A DNA stretch of 64,000 bases from Candidatus Nealsonbacteria bacterium. Lineage in GTDB: Bacteria; Patescibacteriota; Minisyncoccia; Minisyncoccales; JANBVM01. Location: contig CP179887.1 of NCBI GenBank assembly GCA_047456295.1, positions 45,944 to 109,943 on the forward strand, in the 5' to 3' direction. Position numbers and translations under genes: made by a program. This document shows, piece by piece, positions 45,966 through 55,610 of the stretch (within the stretch, counting starts at the first letter, position 1; every line of letters starts with the position of its first letter). The notes beneath the pieces are model-generated. The model searched no databases. It worked only from the letters and a program-made list of their open reading frames with translations, and had not been told where the DNA came from.

Positions 45966-46244
45966 TTATCGGTTTGGTTCATACTTTAGCCGTTTTTTTA
46001 ATGCGATGTGCCAGTAAATAAGTGCAGTCCAGAAGTGGTCTGCTCCCGAGTTCGCCCATTCTCTTTTTTCCTGCCCGTATTTGTCGGTGACGGTTCTGGC
46101 GTAAATGGTCTGGGCATGTTTGATTAATAATTGAAAGGTTGGTGCTTCTTTTGGCATTGCGAAGGTAATGTCCCCTCTCATTAAGGCAGAGATGGTATCG
46201 TCGTAGATTCTGTTTCTTGAGGTGAACACTTTCATTAGTTTCAA
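45966..46244 (-). pseudogene. Phage terminase large-subunit C-terminal fragment
   Basis: 92-aa ORF ending ...REWANSGADHFWTALIYWHIA, which resembles the TerL nuclease-domain C-terminal motif (W..SH.DDA.DALRY). It abuts the right direct repeat. Confidence 0.5.
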
Positions 46245-46249
46245 ATTTT

Positions 46250-46311
46250 AATATAATTAAGAAATGAAATACCCAAATTTTTCTGAAGAAAAAAAGTTAT
46301 GCAAAAAGGGA
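46250..46311 (+). repeat. Direct repeat, right copy (native rnhB 5' end)
   Basis: See the left copy at 42713-42774. Confidence 0.9.
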
Positions 46312-46923
46312 TTTAAAAGAGTGGTTGGATTAGACGAGGCAGGAAGAGGACCCTTGGCAGGACCTGTGCTGGCTGGAGCAGTTATGGTCAATTCAAAATT
46401 CAGAATTAAAAATTCAAAATTAAAAGTAAACGATTCAAAAAAGCTTTCAGAGAAAAAAAGAAGAGAACTGTATAAAATTTTAGTGAATCATTCCCAGATA
46501 GAGTGGGGAATAGGCAGGGTTTCAGAAAAAGTCATTGATAGAATCAATATCCTGGAAGCCACCAAATTGGCAATGAAAAGAGCTATTAAGAATCTGGGAA
46601 AGAAATTAAAAAAGAAACAACAGAAAAAATCAGATTCAGTTGGTTTTTTAATTTTAGACGGGAGAATAAAGCTTGATTTGGATATTCCTCAGAAATCAAT
46701 CATTAAAGCTGATAACAAGGTTTTTTCCTGTGCCGCGGCATCCATTATAGCTAAGGTAAGCAGGGACAGGATAATGCAAAGGTGGGATAAAAAATACGTT
46801 AGATATGGATTCTTAAAACATAAGGGATATGCTACCAAGCTTCACCTTAAGATGTTAAAGAAATACAAACCCTGTAAGATTCACAGAAAGAGTTTCAAAC
46901 CAGTGCAGAGATTGCTTCATTAA
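46264..46923 (+). CDS. rnhB: Ribonuclease HII
   Basis: VGLDEAGRGPLAGPV active-site motif and DSKKLS. Confidence 0.9.
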   Translation: MKYPNFSEEKKLCKKGFKRVVGLDEAGRGPLAGPVLAGAVMVNSKFRIKNSKLKVNDSKKLSEKKRRELYKILVNHSQIEWGIGRVSEKVIDRINILEATKLAMKRAIKNLGKKLKKKQQKKSDSVGFLILDGRIKLDLDIPQKSIIKADNKVFSCAAASIIAKVSRDRIMQRWDKKYVRYGFLKHKGYATKLHLKMLKKYKPCKIHRKSFKPVQRLLH

Positions 46924-46983
46924 ATTGAGAAGCTTGATTTTTATAAAAAATAATGTAAGAATATAAAATTAACTTTTAATTTA

Positions 46984-47268
46984 ATGGCTGTACCCAAGAA
47001 GAGAACGACAAAGTCAAAACGGGATAAAAGAAGGCTCCATATTTTTTTAAAGAAACCTGTTTTAGCCAGATGTCCAAAATGTGGTAAGTTATTATTACCC
47101 CATACCCTTTGTTCTTATTGCGGGTATTATAAAGGGAGGGAGATTGTAAACATTCTTGGTAAAATGACCAAAAAAGAAAGGAAGAAAAGAGAAAAAGAAA
47201 TGAAGGAAAAAGACAAAGAAACCCAAAAGAAGAAACCCTTGGACTGGAAGCAGTTATCTAAAAGATAA
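46984..47268 (+). CDS. rpmF: 50S ribosomal protein L32 with Lys/Glu-rich C-terminal extension
   Basis: [17 protein letters not shown] start and CPKCG...CSYCG zinc ribbon. Confidence 0.9.
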   Translation: MAVPKKRTTKSKRDKRRLHIFLKKPVLARCPKCGKLLLPHTLCSYCGYYKGREIVNILGKMTKKERKKREKEMKEKDKETQKKKPLDWKQLSKR

Positions 47269-47275
47269 ATCACAT

Positions 47276-47722
47276 ATGGCTTCAAGACACTTATCACGAA
47301 GTATCGCTATGCAATCCCTTTATGAATGGGATTTTAGCAATAAAGAACTGGATTTGGACAAAATCGTTGAAAAGAATTTAAAGGAGTTTGGTCCAGGATT
47401 AGAGGATCAAGGATTTGTCTGGGAGCTGGTAACAGGAGTGGTTGAACATTTAAAAGAGATTAATGAGATTATTACAAAGGCTGCTCCTCAATGGCCTCTG
47501 CAGCAGATTTCCATTGTTGATAGAAATATCCTGAGAATCGGGATTTACGAGTTGTTATACGAAGATAGAAAAGCTGTTCCTCCCAAGGTAGCCATTAATG
47601 AGGCAATTGAATTGGCAAAATCCTTTGGAGGTGAAAATTCAGGAAAATTTATAAACGGGGTCCTGGGAACGGTCTTTGAACTTATTTCTTCTTCTGAAAA
47701 AGAACAAAAACCCAAGAAATAA
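47276..47722 (+). CDS. nusB: Transcription antitermination factor NusB
   Basis: [14 protein letters not shown] start and [13 protein letters not shown]...FINGVLG. Confidence 0.85.
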   Translation: MASRHLSRSIAMQSLYEWDFSNKELDLDKIVEKNLKEFGPGLEDQGFVWELVTGVVEHLKEINEIITKAAPQWPLQQISIVDRNILRIGIYELLYEDRKAVPPKVAINEAIELAKSFGGENSGKFINGVLGTVFELISSSEKEQKPKK

Positions 47723-47724
47723 CA

Positions 47725-48426
47725 ATGAACAACAAGATGAAAGATTTCTCCCTTTTTGAAAAAAAATTAAAGATTAAATTTAAAAACAAGGATCTCTTGA
47801 CTCAGGCTTTTGTCCACCGTTCTTATTTAAACGAAAATCCAGATTTTCCTTTGTTTCACAATGAAAGACTGGAGTTTTTAGGAGATGCTGTATTGGAGTT
47901 GGTTGTGACCGAAGAGCTTTACAAAGAATATCCTAAAAAATCAGAAGGAGAACTAACCAATTGGCGGGCAGCCCTGGTCAATTCAAAGATACTTTCAGAG
48001 ATTGCCGACGAATTGGGTTTGAATGATTTTTTACTGTTATCCAGGGGGGAGACAAAAGAACTTGGTAAGTCCAGGAAATATATTTTAGCCAATACCTTTG
48101 AAGCCATGATTGGAGCCATTTATCTTGACCAGGGATATGGAGTCTGTCGGGATTTAATTAAAAAACATTTAATAAAGGAATTACCTTTAATTATTGAAAA
48201 AGGTCTTTATAAAGATGCCAAATCCCTTTTTCAGGAGGAAGCACAGGAAAAGGTGGAAATTACCCCTACTTACAAAGTATTGAAAGAGTGGGGACCTGAC
48301 CATGCCAAACATTTCATTATCGGGGTTTTTCTGGAAAAAGAATTAATAGCAGAAGGTGAGGGTTCTTCAAAGCAGGAAGCAGAGGATGAGGCAGCTAAAA
48401 AAGCTTTAGAAGTTAAAAAATGGTAA
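47725..48426 (+). CDS. rnc: Ribonuclease III
   Basis: NERLEFLGDAVLELV signature and a C-terminal dsRBD (GEGSSKQEAEDEAAKKAL). Confidence 0.9.
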   Translation: MNNKMKDFSLFEKKLKIKFKNKDLLTQAFVHRSYLNENPDFPLFHNERLEFLGDAVLELVVTEELYKEYPKKSEGELTNWRAALVNSKILSEIADELGLNDFLLLSRGETKELGKSRKYILANTFEAMIGAIYLDQGYGVCRDLIKKHLIKELPLIIEKGLYKDAKSLFQEEAQEKVEITPTYKVLKEWGPDHAKHFIIGVFLEKELIAEGEGSSKQEAEDEAAKKALEVKKW

Positions 48427-48427
48427 T

Positions 48428-48931
48428 ATGCTTGTTATTCGTTTGTTTCGTGTCGGTAAAAAAAATCAGCCTTCTTTCAAGATTGTGGTAATTGACAAAA
48501 GGAAACCTCCCAGACGAGGCCGCTTTATAGAAGAGGTTGGTTTTTTAAATCCTTTAACTAAAGAAAAGGTGTTGAGAAAGGAAAGGATTGATTACTGGAT
48601 GTCGGTGGGAGCCAAACCCTCAGATACGGTTCATAATTTATTGGTTGAAGAAAAGATTATTGAAGGAAAGAAAATTGTAAAACATAAGAAAGCAAAAAAG
48701 AAAGAGAAAAAAGAGGAAGGGAAGATTCCATCTCAAGAAGAGAAACCCAAAGAACAAAAGAAGGAAGAGAAAAAAGAAATTCAAGTCCCAGAGGAAAAAG
48801 TAAAAGAAGTTTCAATCTCAAAGAAACCAGAGGAGGTTTCAGCTCCAGGAGAAAAAAAAGAGAGGCAAAAACAGACTAAAGAAGCATCTAATACAAAGAA
48901 AGAAGAAGATAAAAAGGAAAAAACAGAATAA
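48428..48931 (+). CDS. rpsP: 30S ribosomal protein S16 with ~85-aa Lys/Glu-rich C-terminal extension
   Basis: MLVIRLFRVGKKNQPSFKIVV start. Confidence 0.9.
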   Translation: MLVIRLFRVGKKNQPSFKIVVIDKRKPPRRGRFIEEVGFLNPLTKEKVLRKERIDYWMSVGAKPSDTVHNLLVEEKIIEGKKIVKHKKAKKKEKKEEGKIPSQEEKPKEQKKEEKKEIQVPEEKVKEVSISKKPEEVSAPGEKKERQKQTKEASNTKKEEDKKEKTE

Positions 48932-49115
48932 TTTTTGGAGAGGAGAAGAATCAGACAGTTCTTTATAAAAAAAGAGAAGGAAATCCTTGGATGATGGAAT
49001 TTGTCAGCTATAAATTAGTAGATAGATTCCACTATCCAAGGAGCTGATTAAAATTAAAATAAAAATTAAAGTATTTCCAGAACAAGAAATTTTTAAAAAA
49101 CCTGGAATAGAAGAT

Positions 49116-49355
49116 ATGGCAGAGAGAATAAAGGATGTATATATAGATTTGGACGTACATACAGCAGGGATCTTTCAAAAAGCATCACCAGAATTAAAAA
49201 GGAGGATAAAAAATGAATTTGAAAATCTTTTCCGCCATTTTGGAAAATTAGGATTTACATCTTTTTTAGTAACGGCTGAAACAGACGATTGGAGTATGGT
49301 GAATAAGATGAAAGAAGCTCTAGATAATTTACATGAAGAATTAACTTTATATTAA
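49116..49355 (+). CDS. Small hypothetical protein (79 aa)
   Basis: ORF inserted between rpsP and the KH-domain gene. No motif recognised. Confidence 0.4.
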   Translation: MAERIKDVYIDLDVHTAGIFQKASPELKRRIKNEFENLFRHFGKLGFTSFLVTAETDDWSMVNKMKEALDNLHEELTLY

Positions 49356-49427
49356 AAAACCAAACCCTTCTCTTTTTTTTAATTTTTAGAAGTTATTAAA
49401 AGAAGGGATTTATTTTAGAATTAATCC

Positions 49428-49455
49428 TTGACATATTTTAAATAATAAATATAAT
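49428..49455 (+). promoter_or_regulatory. Consensus sigma70 promoter
   Basis: TTGACA (49428-33), 16-nt spacer, TATAAT (49450-55), followed by a ~100-nt structured leader before the KH gene. Confidence 0.6.
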
Positions 49456-49562
49456 ATCAGTATTGGTAGCTTTTTCAGTTTAGCCGATTCTCCGAATGAT
49501 TGGAGGAGGGTAGGCTGCAAAGGTCGGGCTACTCAAAAATCACTTAATTGTTGTAGGAATTT

Positions 49563-49880
49563 ATGGCAAAAGGAACAGCTGATAAAGATTTCCTTGAATT
49601 CATTATCAAGGCCTTGGTTGACAACCCAGATGATGTCAAAGTTGACCGTAGGGTTGATGAGATGGGAGTTTTACTTTCTTTAAAGGTAAACCCTGAAGAC
49701 ATGGGTCAGATCATTGGAAAGGCTGGATCTACTGCTCGGGCTATCAGAAACCTGGTTCGTATCGTCGGTCTTAAAAATCACGCTAGGGTGAATTTAAAGA
49801 TTGAGGAACCAGAAGGAGCCAGAGCTTCTCAGGGAAAGAAATCTAAAGTTGAAGAAGGACTAGAAGACTTAAAAATATAA
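49563..49880 (+). CDS. KH-domain RNA-binding protein (YlqC/KhpA-like)
   Basis: IIKALVDNPDDV...GQIIGKAGSTARAIRNLV, containing a GxxG KH motif. Confidence 0.8.
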   Translation: MAKGTADKDFLEFIIKALVDNPDDVKVDRRVDEMGVLLSLKVNPEDMGQIIGKAGSTARAIRNLVRIVGLKNHARVNLKIEEPEGARASQGKKSKVEEGLEDLKI

Positions 49881-49971
49881 GTCTTTCCTAGATTTACTCT
49901 TAAAGGAAACAGTGCTATTATATTAATTAGTAGCGCTGTTTTCTTTTTAACTGATAATTTTTTCAGGATAT

Positions 49972-50655
49972 ATGTTGAGATTCGATATCATCACAATTTT
50001 TCCAGAGATATTTGACTCCTATTTAGGAGCCAGTTTAATTAACAGAGCTCAAAAAAAGAAATTAATCAAGGTTAAGCTTCATGATTTAAGGAAATGGACC
50101 CTTGACCGTCATAAAACAGTTGATGATAGACCTTATGGAGGGGGTATAGGCATGGTTTTAAAGGTTGAACCGATTTATAAGGCAGTCAGAGACATTAAAA
50201 AATTAAAAAGAGTAGACAAGAGAAAAAGGAAGATTATTTTATTCACTCCAAGAGGAAAACAGTTTGACCAAAAAACAGCTTATTTTTTAAGTAAACTCAG
50301 TCATGTTATTATGATTTGCGGTAGATACGAAGGAGTGGATGAAAGGGTAGCAAGACATATAGCTGATATGAAGTTATCAATAGGGAATTATGTTTTAATG
50401 GGGGGAGAGTTACCATCTATGGTAGTAATTGAAACCGTAGCTAGGCTTATTCCAAGAGTGTTGGGCAAACCTAAACTTTTAAAAGAAAGGATAACAAAAG
50501 AAAAAGGGTTTATTGAATATTCTCAATATACCCGACCTGAGACCTTTAGCCCCAAAAAAGGGGTAAACTGGAAGGTACCGAAGGTTTTACTCTCAGGTCA
50601 TCATAAGAAAATTAAAGAGTGGCGCAAAAAACACGAAAAAGTTATTAAAAAATAG
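49972..50655 (+). CDS. trmD: tRNA (guanine37-N1)-methyltransferase
   Basis: FDIITIFPEIF start, DDRPYGGGIGMV, ICGRYEGVDERV. Confidence 0.9.
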   Translation: MLRFDIITIFPEIFDSYLGASLINRAQKKKLIKVKLHDLRKWTLDRHKTVDDRPYGGGIGMVLKVEPIYKAVRDIKKLKRVDKRKRKIILFTPRGKQFDQKTAYFLSKLSHVIMICGRYEGVDERVARHIADMKLSIGNYVLMGGELPSMVVIETVARLIPRVLGKPKLLKERITKEKGFIEYSQYTRPETFSPKKGVNWKVPKVLLSGHHKKIKEWRKKHEKVIKK

Positions 50656-50720
50656 CATTTATCGCTATTGATAAATTAAGAAAGACAAGGTAAACTGTTA
50701 AAGTATTCAATATTACTCTT

Positions 50721-50804
50721 GGGTGGTTGGCGGAGCAGACAAACGCATCAGACTGTAAATCTGACGGCCACTGGCCTACGGGGGTGCAAATCCCTCACCA
50801 CCCA
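50721..50804 (+). tRNA. tRNA-Tyr (GTA)
   Basis: Acceptor GGGTGGT/ACCACCC, anticodon loop CTGTAAA and a long variable arm. Confidence 0.85.
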
Positions 50805-50892
50805 TAAATAACTTTTACAAAACACTGTTACCAAAGAAAAAATTAGAAAAATTGTATAAGAGTGGTTTGTCAATGCAAGAAATTTCTAATAA

Positions 50893-50965
50893 GCCGAGAT
50901 AGCTCAGATGGTAGAGCATTTCCGTGGTAAGGAAAAGGTCACGAGTTCGATCCTCGTTCTCGGCT
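50893..50965 (+). tRNA. tRNA-Thr (GGT)
   Basis: Acceptor GCCGAGA/TCTCGGC, anticodon stem TTTCC/GGAAA with loop GTGGTAA, T arm ACGAGTTCGATCCTCGT. Confidence 0.85.
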
Positions 50966-50982
50966 TAAAGTATTAAAAATAT

Positions 50983-51147
50983 ATGGCAAAAAGAAGAAAA
51001 CCTTTTGTAAAAATGATGTGTACTGATTGTAAAAGAATTAATTATTACACTCACAAATCAAAGAAGATGGTGGGGGAGAAGTTAGAATTGAAGAAATTCT
51101 GTAAGTGGTGCAAGAAACACACTTTACATAAAGAAACAAAGAAGTAA
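50983..51147 (+). CDS. rpmG: 50S ribosomal protein L33
   Basis: Absent from the ORF track (54 aa): MAKRRKPFVKMMCTDCKRINYYTHKSKKMVGEKLELKKFCKWCKKHTLHKETKK, with a CxxC...CxxC zinc ribbon. Confidence 0.85.
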   Translation: MAKRRKPFVKMMCTDCKRINYYTHKSKKMVGEKLELKKFCKWCKKHTLHKETKK

Positions 51148-51227
51148 GATAAGAATATATGGGGGCGTTGGTTAATAGACGAACTGCTTCTGATTTTTGC
51201 AAAGGCATTACAAAAAATATTTGTATT

Positions 51228-51301
51228 GGGGGTGTAGTGAAGTGGTATCATTGGAATCTCCAAAATTCCAGTCGGGGGTTCGATTCCCTCCGCCCCTGCC
51301 A
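51228..51301 (+). tRNA. tRNA-Trp (CCA) with encoded 3' CCA
   Basis: Acceptor GGGGGTG/CGCCCCT, anticodon stem GGAAT/ATTCC with loop CTCCAAA, T loop TTCGATT. Confidence 0.85.
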
Positions 51302-51307
51302 AAGATT

Positions 51308-51634
51308 ATGAAAAAAATAAAGATAAATAAATCAAAGCTTCTTTTAGGAATTCCCTTGGCCTTAATATCTTTAAGAATTTATTTGGGAGTTTTGTTTGGT
51401 TATTTTTTCGCAAGGTTTCTATCAACAAGGATTAATTCCATTATTCTTAGTATCGGCAGCCATAAACTCCACTTTCATCATTGGATAATGGGTTTTATTG
51501 CCTTGATTTTTATTCTTTGGTACAGTTTTTCTCCATTGATAGATCAGCTTGTCTTTGGATTCTTAGGAGGTTTAATCTTTGAAGGAATCTCTTCTTATCC
51601 GGATTGGTATAAAGTTATAATCAGAAAAGAATAA
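51308..51634 (+). CDS. Small membrane protein (108 aa)
   Basis: ATG directly after tRNA-Trp. The longer ORF-track version (51197) would run through the tRNA. Confidence 0.5.
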   Translation: MKKIKINKSKLLLGIPLALISLRIYLGVLFGYFFARFLSTRINSIILSIGSHKLHFHHWIMGFIALIFILWYSFSPLIDQLVFGFLGGLIFEGISSYPDWYKVIIRKE

Positions 51635-51708
51635 AGGCTCCTCAATATCAAACGTGTATGTAAAATACACGTTTTTTTATTTTAATAAATATGATATTAT
51701 TATCATAT

Positions 51709-53313
51709 ATGAAAAAGGTTATAGTAATTGTAGTTATTGTTTCTATTGTTTCTATTTTTGTCTATCAGAATTATTTCAAAAAAACAGAGTTAGATTTTAC
51801 TTTGGTAAAGGTGGTAAAGGGAGAGGTGGTACAGGAAATATCTGAAACAGGTCAGGTTAAAAAAGGAGAAGAAGTAAATCTTGGCTTTAAATTGGCAGGC
51901 GTACTTGAAAACATTTATGTTGAGGTTGCCGAAGAGGTTAAAGAAGGAGAGATATTGGCAAAATTAGAAAACAGTCAATTAAGGATTAAATTAGAAGAAG
52001 CTGAAGCCAATCTGGATTTAGCCCAGGCTCAATTTAATAAATTGTTAGCTGGAGCAACCCAGGAGGAAATTCAAATTACCCAGACTGCTGTGGATAATGC
52101 AAGGATTTCTTTTGAATCTGCAAAACAAAACCTCCAAGACATTAAAGTCCAGGGAGAAGAAAATCTAAAAGCAGCTTATGACGATGCTTTAAATGCTCTG
52201 GATGATTCTCATTTAAAAATCACTAATGCTCTTAACAATGTAGATTTGATACAGACAACATATTTCACAAGTAATGATCAGGAAAAGATCATTGTTAGAG
52301 AAAATAAAGACAAGATAGAAAATGCTTTAAATAAGGTAAAGTCTTATTTAGATACTGCCAAGAACACTCAAGGATATGAGGATATTGATCTTGCTATTTC
52401 TGAAATGAAAGAAGCCTTGGATAGTGTTTTTAATGCCTTAAAGATTATCAGAGATACCTGTGAAGAAACAGGTTATAAAAACCTGGTTTCCTCGACCGAC
52501 AAGACATCTTTAGATAATCACCAGGGATACATTAATACTGCCTTAACAAACATTACCAACTCCCAGCAAACCATTTCTTCAACCAAATTAACAAACAGCA
52601 GCAATATCAACACCTATCAGGCCAGCATTGATTCAGCCCAGGGCAAGCTAACAGCAGCAGAGAATGAATTAACCAAGATTACAGCTGATCCCAGAAAGGA
52701 AGATGTTGATTTATACCAGGCTCAGGTAAGACAGGCCAGGGCCCAGTTTCAGCTTTTGGGAAAACAGATTGAAGACACCATACTCAAGAGTCCTGTTGAA
52801 GGCCAGGTGGTTAAGATAAATAAGAGAGTAGGGGAACTGGTTCAGGCAGCCATTCAGGATCCAGTCATTATTCTTCTTCCTGCCAGTCCTTTTAAAATAG
52901 AGGTAGATATTTATGAGGAAGATGTAGCTAGAATGGATATTGGCAATCCGGTAGATATTACTTTGGTTGCTTTTCCTGATGAAACTTTAACAGGAAAAGT
53001 GATTTCAATTGATCCTGTTGAAAAAATGATAGAAGGAGTAGTCTATTATGAGGTTTCTATTTCTTTTGATAATGTACCTAAAGACGTTAAACCTGGGATG
53101 ACAGCTGATTTGGTTATTACAACAGAGAAAAAGGAAAACGTACTCACTGTTGCAAAAAAAGCTATTAAGACCAAGAATGGAAAAACAATAGTTCAGGTTT
53201 TAGAAAATAACATTATTACAGAGCGTGAAATAAAAATTGGTCTTAAAGGCACCAATGATCTCATAGAAGTTATTTCTGGGCTCAAAGAAGGTGAACAAGT
53301 TATTTTACCTTAA
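51709..53313 (+). CDS. HlyD/MacA-family periplasmic adaptor protein
   Basis: N-terminal TM helix, biotinyl-lipoyl-like hairpin, long coiled coil and C-terminal beta-barrel (KPGMTADLVI). Confidence 0.8.
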   Translation: MKKVIVIVVIVSIVSIFVYQNYFKKTELDFTLVKVVKGEVVQEISETGQVKKGEEVNLGFKLAGVLENIYVEVAEEVKEGEILAKLENSQLRIKLEEAEANLDLAQAQFNKLLAGATQEEIQITQTAVDNARISFESAKQNLQDIKVQGEENLKAAYDDALNALDDSHLKITNALNNVDLIQTTYFTSNDQEKIIVRENKDKIENALNKVKSYLDTAKNTQGYEDIDLAISEMKEALDSVFNALKIIRDTCEETGYKNLVSSTDKTSLDNHQGYINTALTNITNSQQTISSTKLTNSSNINTYQASIDSAQGKLTAAENELTKITADPRKEDVDLYQAQVRQARAQFQLLGKQIEDTILKSPVEGQVVKINKRVGELVQAAIQDPVIILLPASPFKIEVDIYEEDVARMDIGNPVDITLVAFPDETLTGKVISIDPVEKMIEGVVYYEVSISFDNVPKDVKPGMTADLVITTEKKENVLTVAKKAIKTKNGKTIVQVLENNIITEREIKIGLKGTNDLIEVISGLKEGEQVILP

Positions 53314-54027
53314 ATGTCAAACCCAATAGTTAAATTAGAAAATGTTTGGAAAGTTTATCAGTTAGGCAAGGTTGAATTAACAGCTTTAAAAGGAGTAAGC
53401 CTCGATGTGAGTCGAGGTGCTTTTGTAAGTATTATGGGTACTTCAGGTTCTGGTAAATCAACTCTTTTAAACATGATAGGATGTTTAGATACTCCAACTA
53501 AAGGTAAAGTTTTTTTAAAGGGAAAAGATGTTTCAAAACTAACAGAAGATCAATTGTCTCAATTAAGGGGGAAAATCATTGGCTTTGTATTTCAGGAATT
53601 TAATTTAATGCCTCATTTAACAGCTCTTGAGAATGTAATGCTGCCCATGGTTTTTCAAGGTATATCACTAAAACAAAGAAAAGAAAAAGCAAAAGCACTT
53701 TTAGTGTCTGTAGGTTTAGAAAAAAGAATTTCCCATCAGCCAGCTGAACTTTCAGGTGGTGAAAGACAGAGAGTAGCTATAGCCAGAGCTTTTGCTAATG
53801 ATCCAGAACTTGTTATTGCTGATGAGCCAACAGGTAATTTAGATTCAATTACTGGTAAAAAGATAATGGATCTTTTAAAGAAATTCCATCAAAAACAAGA
53901 AAAAACCATTATTGTTGTGACCCATGATCCTAATATTGCTGGTTACAGTAAGAATATTTTTAATATTAAAGATGGTGAAATTATTGTTAATCATCAAAAA
54001 GCATCTAAAGTATTATGGGAGAAATAA
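53314..54027 (+). CDS. MacB/LolD-type ABC transporter ATPase
   Basis: Walker [10 protein letters not shown], signature LSGGERQR and Walker [12 protein letters not shown]. Confidence 0.9.
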   Translation: MSNPIVKLENVWKVYQLGKVELTALKGVSLDVSRGAFVSIMGTSGSGKSTLLNMIGCLDTPTKGKVFLKGKDVSKLTEDQLSQLRGKIIGFVFQEFNLMPHLTALENVMLPMVFQGISLKQRKEKAKALLVSVGLEKRISHQPAELSGGERQRVAIARAFANDPELVIADEPTGNLDSITGKKIMDLLKKFHQKQEKTIIVVTHDPNIAGYSKNIFNIKDGEIIVNHQKASKVLWEK

Positions 54028-55238
54028 AAGAATATATTTATATTGGTATTAGAAATCTTAAGACCAGATCTTTAAGAAGTTGGTTAACTATTTTTGGTAT
54101 TGTTATCGGAGTTTTTTTAATCATTAGTTTGCTTTCTTTGTCTGAAGGCATTAAAAATAGTATTACTCAACAATTAAGATCTTTGGGAGGAGAAATGGTT
54201 TTTGTTATACCTGGTGATGTTTCCAATCCTTTTATGGCTATGATGGGAAGTGAAAAATTAGAAAAAGAAGATATAGATATTATTAAAAAAACAAAAGGAG
54301 TAGATCGAGTGCTTACTACCTCATACACAAGCACTATTATGAGGCATGAAGATGAAAGCAAGCAAATTCTTTTAATGGGTGTTGCCTGGGAAGATAGAGA
54401 TGTTTTAGAAAACTATCAGGGTTGGAATTTAGCTGAAGGACAATGGCCTGTTGCTGGCAAAAGAGAAGTTGTAATTGGTCAACAAGTAGCTCATGAAATA
54501 TTTGAAAGAGAGATTGAAGTTGATTCAGAGGCAGTAATTAAAGGCAGAACTTTCAAAATAGTTGGTGTTTTAAATTCTTTAGGAAGCAGAATGGATGATA
54601 GCGGTGTTTATATAGACATACCAATTTATCAGGGTTTAACTGGAGAAAAAAGAGGAAGTGCTCAAATGGCAATGGTTAAAATTGAAGAAGGTGCTCCTCT
54701 AGATGAAACAGCTGATAATATTAGGGAGAATTTACAAAAAACAAGAAAAAGAAGAGCTGGAACTGATGAAGCTGACTTTAGCGTTATTACTTCAGATACC
54801 ATCGGTGATATTGCAGGTAACATATTAGCTGTTATTCAATTAGCCATCATGGCTTTCGCTAGTATTGCTATTATTGTTGGAGGTATTGGAATAATGAATA
54901 CAATGTTTACTTCAGTTAGAGAAAGAACTAAAGAAATAGGGGTTATGAAAGCTGTAGGCGCTAAAAATTCAGCAGTATTATCTATTTTCCTAACTGAAGC
55001 TGCAGTTATTGGTTTGATTGGTGGAATAGGAGGAACATTTTTAGGTGCTATTTTTGCAAAGTTTATTGAGCTTTATGGGCAGCTTCACCCCATGTTTTAT
55101 TTTAAAGCCTCTGTAAGTCCTGAATTAGTTATTTTTGGCTTGTTTTTTTCTTTTTTAGTTGGTTGTTTGTCAGGATTTTTTCCAGCTAGAAAAGCAGCTA
55201 GCTTGAAACCAGTTGAGGCCCTGAGAAGACTTGAATAA
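54015..55238 (+). CDS. FtsX/MacB-type ABC transporter permease
   Basis: MacB_PCD periplasmic domain between TM1 and TM2, and a C-terminal FtsX region (RTKEIGVMKAVGA). Confidence 0.85.
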   Translation: MGEIKEYIYIGIRNLKTRSLRSWLTIFGIVIGVFLIISLLSLSEGIKNSITQQLRSLGGEMVFVIPGDVSNPFMAMMGSEKLEKEDIDIIKKTKGVDRVLTTSYTSTIMRHEDESKQILLMGVAWEDRDVLENYQGWNLAEGQWPVAGKREVVIGQQVAHEIFEREIEVDSEAVIKGRTFKIVGVLNSLGSRMDDSGVYIDIPIYQGLTGEKRGSAQMAMVKIEEGAPLDETADNIRENLQKTRKRRAGTDEADFSVITSDTIGDIAGNILAVIQLAIMAFASIAIIVGGIGIMNTMFTSVRERTKEIGVMKAVGAKNSAVLSIFLTEAAVIGLIGGIGGTFLGAIFAKFIELYGQLHPMFYFKASVSPELVIFGLFFSFLVGCLSGFFPARKAASLKPVEALRRLE

Positions 55239-55291
55239 AGTGTTTAATGTATTATAAAATAAAAAAAGGATTAATTTAAATCTTTAAAATT

Positions 55292-55594
55292 ATGACTTAT
55301 TTAATATTAGGTGCAGGTTTTTTAGGAGGAGTAGTGAGGGGATTAATGGGATTCGTAAAACACCAGTTTTCATATAAAAACGTGCCTTTTAAATTAGGGT
55401 ATTTTTTAACAATGGTTTTTCTGTCTGGCGTGATCGGGTTTTTATCAGTTTGTGCAGTTAAAAATACTGGTTTTACCTTAGAGGGAGTGTTTAGTCCAGC
55501 TTTAAGTTTTATTGTAGGTTATGCAGGAGGTGATTTTATAGAGAATATTTATAAAATCATTATTAAAAAATCATCATTGTATTCTGAAAAATAA
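55292..55594 (+). CDS. Small membrane protein (100 aa)
   Basis: Three predicted TM helices. No motif recognised. Confidence 0.45.
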   Translation: MTYLILGAGFLGGVVRGLMGFVKHQFSYKNVPFKLGYFLTMVFLSGVIGFLSVCAVKNTGFTLEGVFSPALSFIVGYAGGDFIENIYKIIIKKSSLYSEK

Positions 55595-55610
55595 TTGCTT
55601 TTTAGCTTTA

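Noticed and set aside
45757-46017. Plus-strand 86-aa ORF in the foreign element.
   Set aside because: It has a Cys/Phe-rich shadow-like composition and overlaps both the minus-strand YezD-like relic and the terminase fragment.
51162-51227. GGGGGCGTTGGTTAATAGACGAAC... upstream of tRNA-Trp. Its first 7 nt complement the tRNA-Trp 3' acceptor strand better than the annotated 5' strand does, raising the possibility of a split or intron-containing tRNA.
   Set aside because: No D arm or anticodon arm can be folded from it, and the 74-nt cloverleaf starting at 51228 is complete. It is probably a promoter region or a duplication relic. Worth a tRNAscan check.
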